A DNA stretch of 50,615 nt from Bacillota bacterium (lineage in GTDB: Bacteria; Bacillota; Sulfobacillia; UBA8153): the NCBI GenBank assembly GCA_007130145.1, contig SLSY01000102.1, forward strand, positions 1-50,615. Reading direction: 5' to 3'. Below, one piece after another: positions 20,394 to 29,154 of the stretch. Position 1 is the stretch's first letter; every line of letters begins with the position of its first letter. The notes below the pieces were generated by a model. It was not told the DNA's origin. It was given only the letters and a program-made list of their open reading frames with translations, and ran no database searches. Both the position numbers and the translations under genes were made by a program.

Positions 20394-20930
20394 TTAGGCA
20401 AGCGGTCTTCCTACATGTTCTTCCAGCAAGCGCTGTACCCTTCCTACCAGGAATCCGGTGAACATTCCGGTGGGTACTGCCAGAAACATCATATGCGGCA
20501 AGAGCACCAGGATCCCTACCTGTCTGAGTATCCATACGACCAACAAGAGCTGGGTGAGGTTATGGGTGATGGCTCCCACTACGCTCACGCCCACCAGGCT
20601 GAAGCGTTTCTGACCCCAGCCGTGTACCAGACCCATCGCCAGTGTGCTCATCAAAGCACCACCCAGACTGAGAATGAATGCCAACGTACCAAACGTCCCG
20701 GCGATGAGGCTACCCAACACGGCACGGAGCCAGCTCACGGTCAAGGCAGGCCGCAATCCCCATACGCTCAGAGTGTACAGGGCGACCACATTGGCCAAGC
20801 CCAGTTTGGCTCCAGGAACGACAAAAGGTAAGGGGATCCACGTCTCCACCACGTGGAGGATGATGGCCATACTCACGAATAAGGACATCAGTGCCAAACG
20901 CCGCGTTGCAGAATCACCCCGCAAACCCAA
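20394..20930 (-). CDS. Gx transporter family protein (heptaprenyl diphosphate synthase component I-like membrane protein)
   Basis: 178 aa with 5-6 TM helices and the family-typical N-terminus LALMSLFVSMAIILHVVETWIPLPFVVPGAKLGLANVVAL. Its start lies 3 nt after the stop of the 709-aa antiporter-like gene. Confidence 0.7.
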   Translation of the reverse strand: MGLRGDSATRRLALMSLFVSMAIILHVVETWIPLPFVVPGAKLGLANVVALYTLSVWGLRPALTVSWLRAVLGSLIAGTFGTLAFILSLGGALMSTLAMGLVHGWGQKRFSLVGVSVVGAITHNLTQLLLVVWILRQVGILVLLPHMMFLAVPTGMFTGFLVGRVQRLLEEHVGRPLA

Positions 20931-20933
20931 GGC

Positions 20934-23063
20934 CTACCACCCCCCCAAACCGTAAATGAGAAACACAAGCAAAAGGCCCGTGAGCATCAACGCCACAACC
21001 AGCACAGAAATGGTGAAACTAAAGGGGTTGAAGTGAGGAGGTGATGGCTTCGTTTCCGTACCCGTTGGCGATTGTTCGCCCCAAGAGCGGGAGGTGCGTG
21101 GGCTGTCACCGCCGCTCTCGTTGGCCCAAGCGTCGTAAGACTTGTCCCGATGGCCATCAAGTTTGGCGGTTTTCTCGGTCATCTCTCGGGCCGTTTCACC
21201 TAAACGCTCGTAAGCGTTTCCCAAGGAGTTTTCAAACCCCAGGACCCGTTCCAAAGCCTCTCGTGAGCCTTTCCCCATGCTGTCGTAGCCACCACCCAGG
21301 GCTCTTTCCATCCCTGCTGTCCGCTCCATCAAAAAGACTAAGCCCACTGCCAGTTTACCATACAACCAGTTTATCCCATCATCCAAGATGCGGCCCATCC
21401 AAACAACAGCTGTGCTCATGATATGGAGACTGTAATCCACCGCACGTTCGGTCAACCGGTAGTCCTTACCCGGCTTGGCCCACAGCCCTCTTTGCCCCAG
21501 CACAAAGAGGGCCCCACCCAAAAGCAGAGTGCCACCGGTTTTGATGAAGGCCCCTCGGTCGTAGAAAGAGACTCCCTCCAGCCCCGGCAAGGCCAGACCA
21601 CTCTCGGTCACGACCGGAGCTACCCAAAGCTGCAATATCCCGTGGGGAAAACTGCCCAGAGCCACAAGCCCACCGCCCAAAACGGCCAGATACAGCCCGG
21701 CAGGCCAAAAGCTTAGCGGTGGTTTCACCACGGGCAGGTCGCGCTGGGGCAAGAGAACCACGAAGAGACGGAGCACGTAAACGATGGTCAAAGCGCTCCC
21801 TAGAAAGAACGCTTGATCCAGCAATATGGTCCAAAACGAGGGGAATTCGTAGTGTAATGCGCCCATCGCTTTGTGTAACAGGTTCTTGGAAACAAAACCA
21901 TTGAAAAGGGGAAGCCCTGCCAGACCCCCCGCCATGAACACGGCCATGAGGTGGCTGTACTTTGGCCAACGCACTGTGCGCGTGAGGATCACTCCTAAAG
22001 CCAGAAAGAGTCCCGCTTTAAACAAAGAATGGTTGACCAAGTGCAGGACACTGGCTCCCAAAGCCAGGCCTGATTCCTGACCTAACAGGGTGAAAGCTCC
22101 TAAACCCACCAGTAAATACCCTACCTGGCTTATGCTGGAATACGCCAGCAACGATCGGACGTTCCGTTGCCAGCTGGCCATCACCGCCCCGACCAGTACT
22201 GACGTCATCCCAAGCACCAGCAAAACGACACCCCAGCCCGTAAATACCCCTTCCCTCCCATATGAAGTGAAAGCCATCGTGGTTCTGAGGATTCCGTAAA
22301 CCCCCGTCTTAATGAGGATACCAGAAGAAAGGGCACAGACCATGAAGGACATGGCCGGGTAGACCTGTACCATCCACAAGTGTAGAGGCATAATGCCCGC
22401 TTTCACCCCAAAGCCCACCAGCAGCGGAGCGGCCACGTAAGCCGGGGGTATGCCCTGGGCCACCAGCTGGTCCAGTACTGGCTCCCAGGATGTATGACCG
22501 GTGACGGCATACAGGGTAAACAGGCCAAACAACAGGCAAAGCCCCCCGGCGATGCTCAAATACAAGTAGGTATTACCCGCTGCCAGAGCCCGGGGTGAAC
22601 CGTGGTGTATAATCAAGACATAAGACGATAAAGCCATGATCTCAAAGAAGAGAAAGAGAGTGAACAAGTCGCCACTGAAAAAGACTCCCATCACTGCGCC
22701 CAGCGTCATGAGCAAAGCAGCATAGAAACGACGGCTGTGCCTGAGATGCTCGAGGGCATGAGGTGATAAGAGGCAAATCCCCAGCCACAACCAAGCGCCG
22801 AGAGAGGCCAGACCCCAATCCAGGTAGTCTACGCCCAGGATCAAACCCAAACCCAGTACACCGGGGAATTCTCTGTACACGGGACGCAGGCTCACGGTAC
22901 TAAACAGAGCCAGGACCATGATGAGGACTAGAACACTAACGGAAAGGGCCACCCAGAAGGCCCGTTGGCGCGCCCCATAACAGGCACACGCACCCACCCA
23001 AGGTAACAGCAAGATGACGGCCATGAGCAGACCGGGGGATTGATCGATCAAACCCACCATCAC
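20934..23063 (-). CDS. Proton-conducting antiporter-like membrane subunit (NuoL/MrpA/MrpD family) with a long C-terminal extension
   Basis: 709 aa with a PF00361-like core (FFEIMALSSYVLI, AYSSISQVGYLLVG, HLVNHSLFKAGLFL). A hydrophilic, partly repetitive tail of about 110 aa follows, then one terminal TM helix (ISVLVVALMLTGLLLVFLIYGLGGW). The ATGA overlap with the upstream gene suggests coupling. Confidence 0.85.
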   Translation of the reverse strand: MMVGLIDQSPGLLMAVILLLPWVGACACYGARQRAFWVALSVSVLVLIMVLALFSTVSLRPVYREFPGVLGLGLILGVDYLDWGLASLGAWLWLGICLLSPHALEHLRHSRRFYAALLMTLGAVMGVFFSGDLFTLFLFFEIMALSSYVLIIHHGSPRALAAGNTYLYLSIAGGLCLLFGLFTLYAVTGHTSWEPVLDQLVAQGIPPAYVAAPLLVGFGVKAGIMPLHLWMVQVYPAMSFMVCALSSGILIKTGVYGILRTTMAFTSYGREGVFTGWGVVLLVLGMTSVLVGAVMASWQRNVRSLLAYSSISQVGYLLVGLGAFTLLGQESGLALGASVLHLVNHSLFKAGLFLALGVILTRTVRWPKYSHLMAVFMAGGLAGLPLFNGFVSKNLLHKAMGALHYEFPSFWTILLDQAFFLGSALTIVYVLRLFVVLLPQRDLPVVKPPLSFWPAGLYLAVLGGGLVALGSFPHGILQLWVAPVVTESGLALPGLEGVSFYDRGAFIKTGGTLLLGGALFVLGQRGLWAKPGKDYRLTERAVDYSLHIMSTAVVWMGRILDDGINWLYGKLAVGLVFLMERTAGMERALGGGYDSMGKGSREALERVLGFENSLGNAYERLGETAREMTEKTAKLDGHRDKSYDAWANESGGDSPRTSRSWGEQSPTGTETKPSPPHFNPFSFTISVLVVALMLTGLLLVFLIYGLGGW

Positions 23064-24556
23064 CAGCCTCCCAGTTGGAAGAGATAGCGGGCAGAAAACC
23101 CAGACAATGAGAACGGCAAGCTGTTAGGGTATATGGCGAATACGAGGATGGCACCAGCCAGCACTAGTATGGGAACGAGCATTTTCACGTCGGTTTCATT
23201 CTCCCAGCGGATGCCAGGGAACTCTGGATAAGAGTCGTCCGCTCCAAAGAAACCATTGATGACAACCGGGAAAAGGTAGACAGCGTTCATCAAGCTCGAC
23301 AGTAGCATGACCACGACCAACCAGGGGCGCCCTACATCCAACATGCCTACACTCAGCTGCCACTTGGACAAGTAGCCTGCCAAGGGAGGAATGCCTACCA
23401 TAGACAGGGAGGCCAAACCAAAAGCACCAAGGGTCAAGGGCATGCGCATCCCGATCCCCTCAAGTTGGGAAACGTATCGTTTGCCCGTCTTGTGAGCGAA
23501 GGCTCCTGCCACCAGAAAGAGAGCAGCCTTCATGAAAGCATGACTGAAGATATGAAAGATCGCGCCAAAAAGCGCCCGCTCGGACAGAACAGCGATTCCC
23601 AGCATAATATACCCCATCTGTCCCACACTGGAATAAGCCAGGCGCCGCTTGAGGTCGTCCTGCAAAATGGCCACGCACGAACCCAGAAGAATGCTGATGA
23701 CCGCCATATAGACGACCGGCTCTAACCAATGGGTACGCCGGAGCAGCTCAATGCCGTAGACATTATAGACGATGCGCAAGAAACCATAAGCCCCCACCTT
23801 GAGCAAGAGGCCGGAAAGCAGGGCACTGGCCGGGGAGGGAGCCACCGGATGGGCATCGGGGAGCCATACATGCAACGGGAATATGCCAGCTTTGATGCCA
23901 AAGCCCAGGACAAAGGCGATGAAGGCTCCCAAAGCCAGATTGGATGGAGCACCAATGATGCCTCCCGTACCCAGCGTGAGGGTTCCGGCAAGTTCAAAGA
24001 CGGAAATGATCCCGAAAAAGAGGAGCAAGCTACCACAGATGGTCATGATCAAGTATTTGTAGCCCGCCTTCATGGCTTCGGGCGTCTGCTCTTGAATGAT
24101 GAGCACATAGGAGGCCAGGGACATGAACTCGAAAAAGACGAAGAAAGTGAACAAGTCTCCTGCCAACACCACGCCCAGGCTCCCCCCGAGAATCAGGGTG
24201 AGAAACGGGTAGTAGCGCTTCTTATGATGCTCCCGTACCATATAGGCCAGGGAATATATGGCCACCGCCAACCATACCAGGGCAATGATAGCAGCCATGA
24301 GAAAGGCTATGGGATCCACGCGAAACGACAGGCCCAAGGGAGGCAAGATGTCCGGAAAGGCCTTGGTAAGAAGTTGGCCCCGGGCAATGTAGGGATACAT
24401 CGCCGCCACCATGACACAGGTCAACGCCGAAACGATCACGGTCAGGCCGTTTCGCCACTTCCATGACCTTTGTTCAACCACGTAAATAAGACCTGTTCCC
24501 ACCAGGGGAAGCAAGGTAATCCATACGGGTAACCAAGACACTACACTATGGAACAC
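23060..24556 (-). CDS. mrpD: Mrp/Mnh antiporter subunit D-like (NuoN/M family)
   Basis: 498 aa with FFEFMSLASYVLI, WLPDAHPVAPSPASALLSG, AYSSVGQMGYIMLG, and HIFSHAFMKAALFL. Confidence 0.9.
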   Translation of the reverse strand: MFHSVVSWLPVWITLLPLVGTGLIYVVEQRSWKWRNGLTVIVSALTCVMVAAMYPYIARGQLLTKAFPDILPPLGLSFRVDPIAFLMAAIIALVWLAVAIYSLAYMVREHHKKRYYPFLTLILGGSLGVVLAGDLFTFFVFFEFMSLASYVLIIQEQTPEAMKAGYKYLIMTICGSLLLFFGIISVFELAGTLTLGTGGIIGAPSNLALGAFIAFVLGFGIKAGIFPLHVWLPDAHPVAPSPASALLSGLLLKVGAYGFLRIVYNVYGIELLRRTHWLEPVVYMAVISILLGSCVAILQDDLKRRLAYSSVGQMGYIMLGIAVLSERALFGAIFHIFSHAFMKAALFLVAGAFAHKTGKRYVSQLEGIGMRMPLTLGAFGLASLSMVGIPPLAGYLSKWQLSVGMLDVGRPWLVVVMLLSSLMNAVYLFPVVINGFFGADDSYPEFPGIRWENETDVKMLVPILVLAGAILVFAIYPNSLPFSLSGFSARYLFQLGGW

Positions 24557-24576
24557 GATTCACCATCTCCATCTCA

Positions 24577-26031
24577 TCATATACCCAATAAGGACAAGAG
24601 TGGCCCGGGGAAAAGCCCCAATAGAACGGTGGCCAACGCGAACAGCAATATGGGACCAAGGAGCATGGGATGGGGTTCTTGTGCCGACTTGTCCTCGGAC
24701 CATTCCCCAAAAAAGGCCGAAATGAGAATGGGGAAGTAATACAACCCACTCAGCAAACTAGCCACGAGAATGACCAGCACATAGAAGGGTTGTCCCGCAT
24801 CCAGTGCTCCCAGCGTCAGATACCATTTGCTCACAAAACCACTGAAGGGAGGAATACCCACCATCCCCAAAGCCCCCACCCCAAACGCTGCCAGCGTCAG
24901 GGGGAGGCGCTGACCAAGACCGGAAAAATTGTGCACATCTCGGGTTCCCGCCACCTGAGCCATGGCACCCGCTGTCAAAAAGAGACCACTTTTCATAATG
25001 GCATGGTAGATAATATGCAGCGCTGCTCCCGCCAGAGCCCGGGGAGTGCCCAAACCCAGACCTAAGAAGATGTAGCCAATGTTGGCAACGGTCGAATAAG
25101 CCAGCAAGCGCTTGATATCACGTTGGCCCAGGGCAAGGAGGGAACCCGCCAACGTTCCCAGGGTTCCCAGGGCCAACAGTAGCTGCCTGGCAGGGACGGC
25201 CTCCAAGAGGCCCATCCCAAAGACCAGGTCGAAAATGCGCCACAAAGAAAGAATGAAGACCTTGACCACCAATCCCGATAACAGGGCGCTGGCAGTGGTT
25301 GGCCCCGAGGAGTGAGCGTCAGGCAGCCACAAGTGCAAGGGGAAAAGCGCGGCCTTGATCCCCATTCCCAGGAGCAAAAAGCCCAGAGCAGCATAGACCA
25401 CCCGAGGATAATTCAGCACCGCGGTGGTGATTTCTTCCCCCGCCAGTGCCATATTGAGATGTCCCGTGACCATGTAGAGCAAGGCAACTGCCATCAAGAT
25501 AGCACCGGAGCCCAGCGCACCCAAAATCAGATAACGGAAACTGGCCTCCGTGGCCAGCTTATCTCCCTTGACTGCTATGATACCACAAGCAGTTAGAGAC
25601 GTAAGCTCTACCAAGACGAAGAGGTTGAACAAGTCTGCCGCTACGATCACGCTGTACATGGAAGCCAAAAGTATCATGATCAGGGCAAAATACCGGCCCA
25701 CCACGCTATCTTGCAATTCTGTGTAGGAGTCCTTGAGAGCATAGACCAAGACCAGCAAGGCTACCACAGTGAGCGTGATTCCACCCAAAGCCGCCCGGCT
25801 GTCCACCCAAATCTCAATGCCCCAGGGGGGGGGCCACCCACCCATGAAATAGCGCTGAGGTCCTTCCCGAGCCACCTGAAGAACCACCCACAAGGTACTT
25901 ACCACGCACATTGCTGTGCTTGCCAAGACCAAGGGTGCTAAACCTCGCCTGTACCAGCGATAGACGATGGGGGCAGCATAACCGGCCGCCAAGAACACTA
26001 CAATGGGCACAATGGTAAAGACGTTATTCAT
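24577..26031 (-). CDS. mrpD: Mrp/Mnh antiporter subunit D-like (MbhH-like)
   Basis: 484 aa with WLPDAHSSGPTTASALLSG, AYSTVANIGYIFLG, and HIIYHAIMKSGLFL. It overlaps the mrpC stop by 4 nt. Confidence 0.9.
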   Translation of the reverse strand: MNNVFTIVPIVVFLAAGYAAPIVYRWYRRGLAPLVLASTAMCVVSTLWVVLQVAREGPQRYFMGGWPPPWGIEIWVDSRAALGGITLTVVALLVLVYALKDSYTELQDSVVGRYFALIMILLASMYSVIVAADLFNLFVLVELTSLTACGIIAVKGDKLATEASFRYLILGALGSGAILMAVALLYMVTGHLNMALAGEEITTAVLNYPRVVYAALGFLLLGMGIKAALFPLHLWLPDAHSSGPTTASALLSGLVVKVFILSLWRIFDLVFGMGLLEAVPARQLLLALGTLGTLAGSLLALGQRDIKRLLAYSTVANIGYIFLGLGLGTPRALAGAALHIIYHAIMKSGLFLTAGAMAQVAGTRDVHNFSGLGQRLPLTLAAFGVGALGMVGIPPFSGFVSKWYLTLGALDAGQPFYVLVILVASLLSGLYYFPILISAFFGEWSEDKSAQEPHPMLLGPILLFALATVLLGLFPGPLLSLLGI

Positions 26032-26429
26032 CGTTCCTGACTCCGCAAGTGGGCTATCTCATCGGCATCGAGGGTTCCGTAAAAGCGGTAGAGCTTGACA
26101 ATCAGACCCAAGGCAAACGCCGTAATGCTGACAGCAATGACAATGCCGGTGAGAATCAGCGCTGACGGCACCGGATTAACGTAAACCTCGCCGCTGCCCG
26201 CCGTGTGTCCCACCTCAAAAATGGGGGCTTTTCCGCCCCTGACATAGCCGCTGGCCACGAAAAGCAAGAAGACTGCGGTCTCCATGATATTCATTCCCAT
26301 GACCTTCTTGATTAGATTGGCATTCACCAACATCGTGTGAAACCCGATGACAAAGAGCAAGACGGCCACAAAGTAGACGGAGTTCGCCCCAAGACTACTG
26401 AGTATGCCCATCTGGCTCGTCCTCCTCAT
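26028..26429 (-). CDS. mrpC: Mrp/Mnh antiporter subunit C (NuoK-like, MbhG-like)
   Basis: 133 aa with three TM helices and the motif NLIKKVMGMNIMETAVFLLFV. The true start may be the internal ATG at 26411. Confidence 0.85.
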   Translation of the reverse strand: MRRTSQMGILSSLGANSVYFVAVLLFVIGFHTMLVNANLIKKVMGMNIMETAVFLLFVASGYVRGGKAPIFEVGHTAGSGEVYVNPVPSALILTGIVIAVSITAFALGLIVKLYRFYGTLDADEIAHLRSQER

Positions 26430-26844
26430 CGTGAATGGTTCCCAGCACCAGTTCCCGGTACAGGGACTGCATGGTGCTGCCTACTTTGACTCCGATGGCC
26501 AGGGCCACCACCAGGATCAGCCCGCCCGAAAGCTGCGTTCCCGGCACGCCCAGGGGAAATACCCCCCGGTTGGTCAAAAAACTCTGACCGGCCAATAGTC
26601 CCACCAGGCCTGCACCCAGGTAGAGCCCCAGAGAAGAGCTTTCCAGAAGAGACGCCATATCCTCTTCCACCGGCTCGCAGCGAACCAAAGCCCTTAATAC
26701 AATAGACGAAGCCACAATGGTTCCGCCCGCAAAGGCACCGCCGGGGGCCAAATGTCCGTTGGCAATCACATACATGCCGAACAGTTGAATACAAGGCACG
26801 ATCACCCGCACAAGCAAAAGGAGAATGGGGCTAACTACTAACAC
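26395..26844 (-). CDS. mrpB: Mrp/Mnh antiporter subunit B-like (MbhF-like)
   Basis: The track ORF (to 27012) overlaps the upstream gene. The GTG at 26844 follows a GAGGAGG SD and gives about 150 aa with the MnhB motif GHLAPGGAFAGG. Confidence 0.75.
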   Translation of the reverse strand: MLVVSPILLLLVRVIVPCIQLFGMYVIANGHLAPGGAFAGGTIVASSIVLRALVRCEPVEEDMASLLESSSLGLYLGAGLVGLLAGQSFLTNRGVFPLGVPGTQLSGGLILVVALAIGVKVGSTMQSLYRELVLGTIHDEEDEPDGHTQ

Positions 26845-27143
26845 ATTCCCCCTCCTCTCGGAGGGCGCTTGGCACCCACCGTCAGCGCGGCAATGGTCGC
26901 CATGATAGACACGAAGAGTACTGTTGCCTCTCCCAGTGTGTCGTAGGCACGGTAGTCCAAAATGATAGCGGAAATCGCATTCAGTGCCCCTGTATCCTCC
27001 ACCACCTGCCAAATCATTCGTTCCGACAGCACATTATCCTGAGGTCTGTCGGCACTGCCAAACTGGGGCATATCCATCACCACCATGGCCAACAAGAGGA
27101 GCACGAGCACCATGGTTAGGGTTGAAATAACGTTCCTGATCAT
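26838..27143 (-). CDS. MbhE-like / MrpA C-terminal-region-like small membrane subunit
   Basis: 101 aa with one N-terminal TM helix and the conserved DYRAYDTLGE motif typical of the MnhB / MrpA C-terminal region. Size and position match MbhE. Confidence 0.7.
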   Translation of the reverse strand: MIRNVISTLTMVLVLLLLAMVVMDMPQFGSADRPQDNVLSERMIWQVVEDTGALNAISAIILDYRAYDTLGEATVLFVSIMATIAALTVGAKRPPRGGGMC

Positions 27144-27397
27144 TTCCGATCATACCTTTGGGTACGAGAAATCGCTGCCAAAAACAGCAGTGAGGTCAAA
27201 CCCGCCCCGATGGCAGCCTCCGTGATGGCAATATCCGGAGCTCTTAGCATCTGCCAGATAATGGCCATGGCCAAGCCGTGCGCGGCGAACAACACCACCG
27301 CACTTAACAGGTCCTTAGTGTGAGCCACAGCGAGCGCTGTAACCACCATAAGCAGGAGCAACAGGCCAAGTAGAATGTCGGTCAGCATTCTGGTCAC
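27140..27397 (-). CDS. DUF4040 / MbhD-like small membrane subunit (MrpA C-terminal-region-like)
   Basis: 85 aa with three TM helices and the motif APDIAITEAAIGAG. It overlaps both neighbouring genes by 4 nt. Confidence 0.75.
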   Translation of the reverse strand: MTRMLTDILLGLLLLLMVVTALAVAHTKDLLSAVVLFAAHGLAMAIIWQMLRAPDIAITEAAIGAGLTSLLFLAAISRTQRYDRK

Positions 27398-27723
27398 CCC
27401 TCTTTGGTATAATCGAATGTTTCAACCGGTACCTGCTGTCGCCAGTACACCGCCCGGGCCAACAAGTGTGAACCCGTGGGATTGGTTAACCAGAGAAATC
27501 CCAGGATCAGCACAAGCTTAGCTCCTGGCACCGTAAGTCCCTGGTATACCAAAAGCCCCAAGAGCAACAGCCCTGCTCCGAGAGTATCACACTTGGTGGT
27601 GGCATGAATCCGTGTGAATACATCAGGCAAACGGATGAGGCACACCGTTCCCACGATGAAAAAGAACGTCCCTCCCGACAACAGTAATACCACCAAGACA
27701 TCTTTGAGCATGGCCGCGCTCAC
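27394..27723 (-). CDS. mrpG: Mrp/Mnh antiporter subunit G
   Basis: 109 aa with the MnhG signature GTVCLIRLPDVFTRIHATTKCDTLGAG. Confidence 0.85.
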   Translation of the reverse strand: MSAAMLKDVLVVLLLSGGTFFFIVGTVCLIRLPDVFTRIHATTKCDTLGAGLLLLGLLVYQGLTVPGAKLVLILGFLWLTNPTGSHLLARAVYWRQQVPVETFDYTKEG

Positions 27724-27729
27724 CCTTTC

Positions 27730-27993
27730 TCAATCTAGTCTACCTTTCTCCAAGTACTTGGCCATCCCTACCGTGGCCAAGAAGGAGATTAAAGCATAGA
27801 CCAAGCCAACATCCAAAAAGAACGCCTGATCAAAGGCAAAGGAGATCAAAACCATCACGATCACGGCCTTGGTACCGATGACATTGATCGCAATGATGCG
27901 GTCGGCGGGTGTGGGTCCAATAATAGCCCGGTATAGCGCCACAAAAATGGTCACCAGAAGTATCAGGGCAACCCCTATGAACAGTTCATCCAA
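27730..27993 (-). CDS. mrpF: Mrp/Mnh antiporter subunit F
   Basis: The MrpF motif LYRAIIGPTPADRIIAINVIGTK is present. The track ORF extends to 28095 but overlaps mrpE. The TTG at 27993 is my proposed start, giving 87 aa. Confidence 0.8.
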   Translation of the reverse strand: MDELFIGVALILLVTIFVALYRAIIGPTPADRIIAINVIGTKAVIVMVLISFAFDQAFFLDVGLVYALISFLATVGMAKYLEKGRLD

Positions 27994-28484
27994 CCGCCAT
28001 CCACCTTTCCCGTAGCCTCGATTTGCAAAAGGAGTTCCTCCATAATCCACCCTTGCACCCCATCCGCTGCTTCCTTGGTCAGGGCGTGCACCCATAAAGA
28101 ATCTCTAGTAACGTGCAGAGTTAATGTACCGGGTGTTAAGGAAATCGTAGTGGCAAGAACAACTCGGCCCACTTCACTCTGGATGCGAGTGGGGAAGTGA
28201 ATCACCCGGGGAGCGATACGCAAGCGCGGACTGAGAACGATCTTAGCCACCTGCACATTGGCCTTGAACAGTTCCAAAACAAAGCGAAGAACATAGATCA
28301 GCCACAGCCGCAGGCCCCGTCCATTCATGCCGGGTATTTCCTGGGGTTTCAATAAGGAATCCCGGTTAGAAGCTACGACAAGCATAGCAGCAACCACAGC
28401 GGCTAGAACCACCTGCCATGACCAGGCGCCGGCCAACACCAGCCAGAAAAGGACTAACAGAACCAACCACATAACCTGTGTCAC
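27975..28484 (-). CDS. mrpE: Mrp/Mnh antiporter subunit E
   Basis: 169 aa with two N-terminal TM helices (MWLVLLVLFWLVLAGAWSW) and an MnhE-like body (LELFKANVQVAKIVLSPRL, SLTPGTL). It is the first gene of the cluster. Confidence 0.8.
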   Translation of the reverse strand: MTQVMWLVLLVLFWLVLAGAWSWQVVLAAVVAAMLVVASNRDSLLKPQEIPGMNGRGLRLWLIYVLRFVLELFKANVQVAKIVLSPRLRIAPRVIHFPTRIQSEVGRVVLATTISLTPGTLTLHVTRDSLWVHALTKEAADGVQGWIMEELLLQIEATGKVDGGWMNCS

Positions 28485-29154
28485 GACCCCTCATCCCTTC
28501 CGGTCTGCCCCGTGATGACGAACGACACCTAACACAAAATGCCGGGGACAAACCCTCTCCCAACCGGTGGCATGTAGTTCCCATAAGATGGACTCAGTTG
28601 CAGGCAACGGGTTCAAAACCGACAAGACATGGTTCCACCACTCCGGTCGCCTCGTCCCCCGCAAATCATCTTACCCATGCCAGAACCACTCTTTGGCTAT
28701 ACCGATCAGAGCCCCGACCAAGCCACTTCACAGCGCGCTCCCGTTTTTCGCCCTTTTACTGGCATAACTCCTCATCAAAGTGGATCAATCCACTGCCATC
28801 ACTCGCATATCTATGGCTGAACGCGCCCGAGCCACATCACCGGTGCCAGTACAAGCATCAAGGGCCCTCCTCGTGGGCCCCCATTCCAGACTCTACACCA
28901 ATGCCCGTGGCCCATCCTGACAAGCGCACCCGGCTCATACAGGCACGAATACGGTCATTACCGGTGCTTAGCTCAGCGAATACTGCTCCTATATCGTCTG
29001 GCTTGACAGTCAATGAGTCGCCCAATGTGCGCGCACGTCACGAGCACCTCAAAGTAGATTATTTTCTTGTTCATTCTATCACAGGCCCTGTATCATAACA
29101 AGAAGCCCTAACCTGACATGATTCGAGGGATCAGCCGAAATCTTCCAGCGTCAT

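Noticed and set aside
28596-28985. tRNA-like strings GGGTTCAAAACC (around 28609) and GCTTAGCTCAGC (around 28968).
   Set aside because: The flanks cannot form T-arm or D-arm stems or an acceptor stem, and the two strings are about 350 nt apart. This is not a tRNA or tRNA fragment that I can support.
28478-29098. 206-aa plus-strand ORF filling the gap upstream of the Mrp operon.
   Set aside because: Its composition is Pro/Ser/Thr/Arg/His-rich with no hydrophobic core pattern, no SD, and no recognisable motif. It overlaps the mrpE start. I judged it non-coding.
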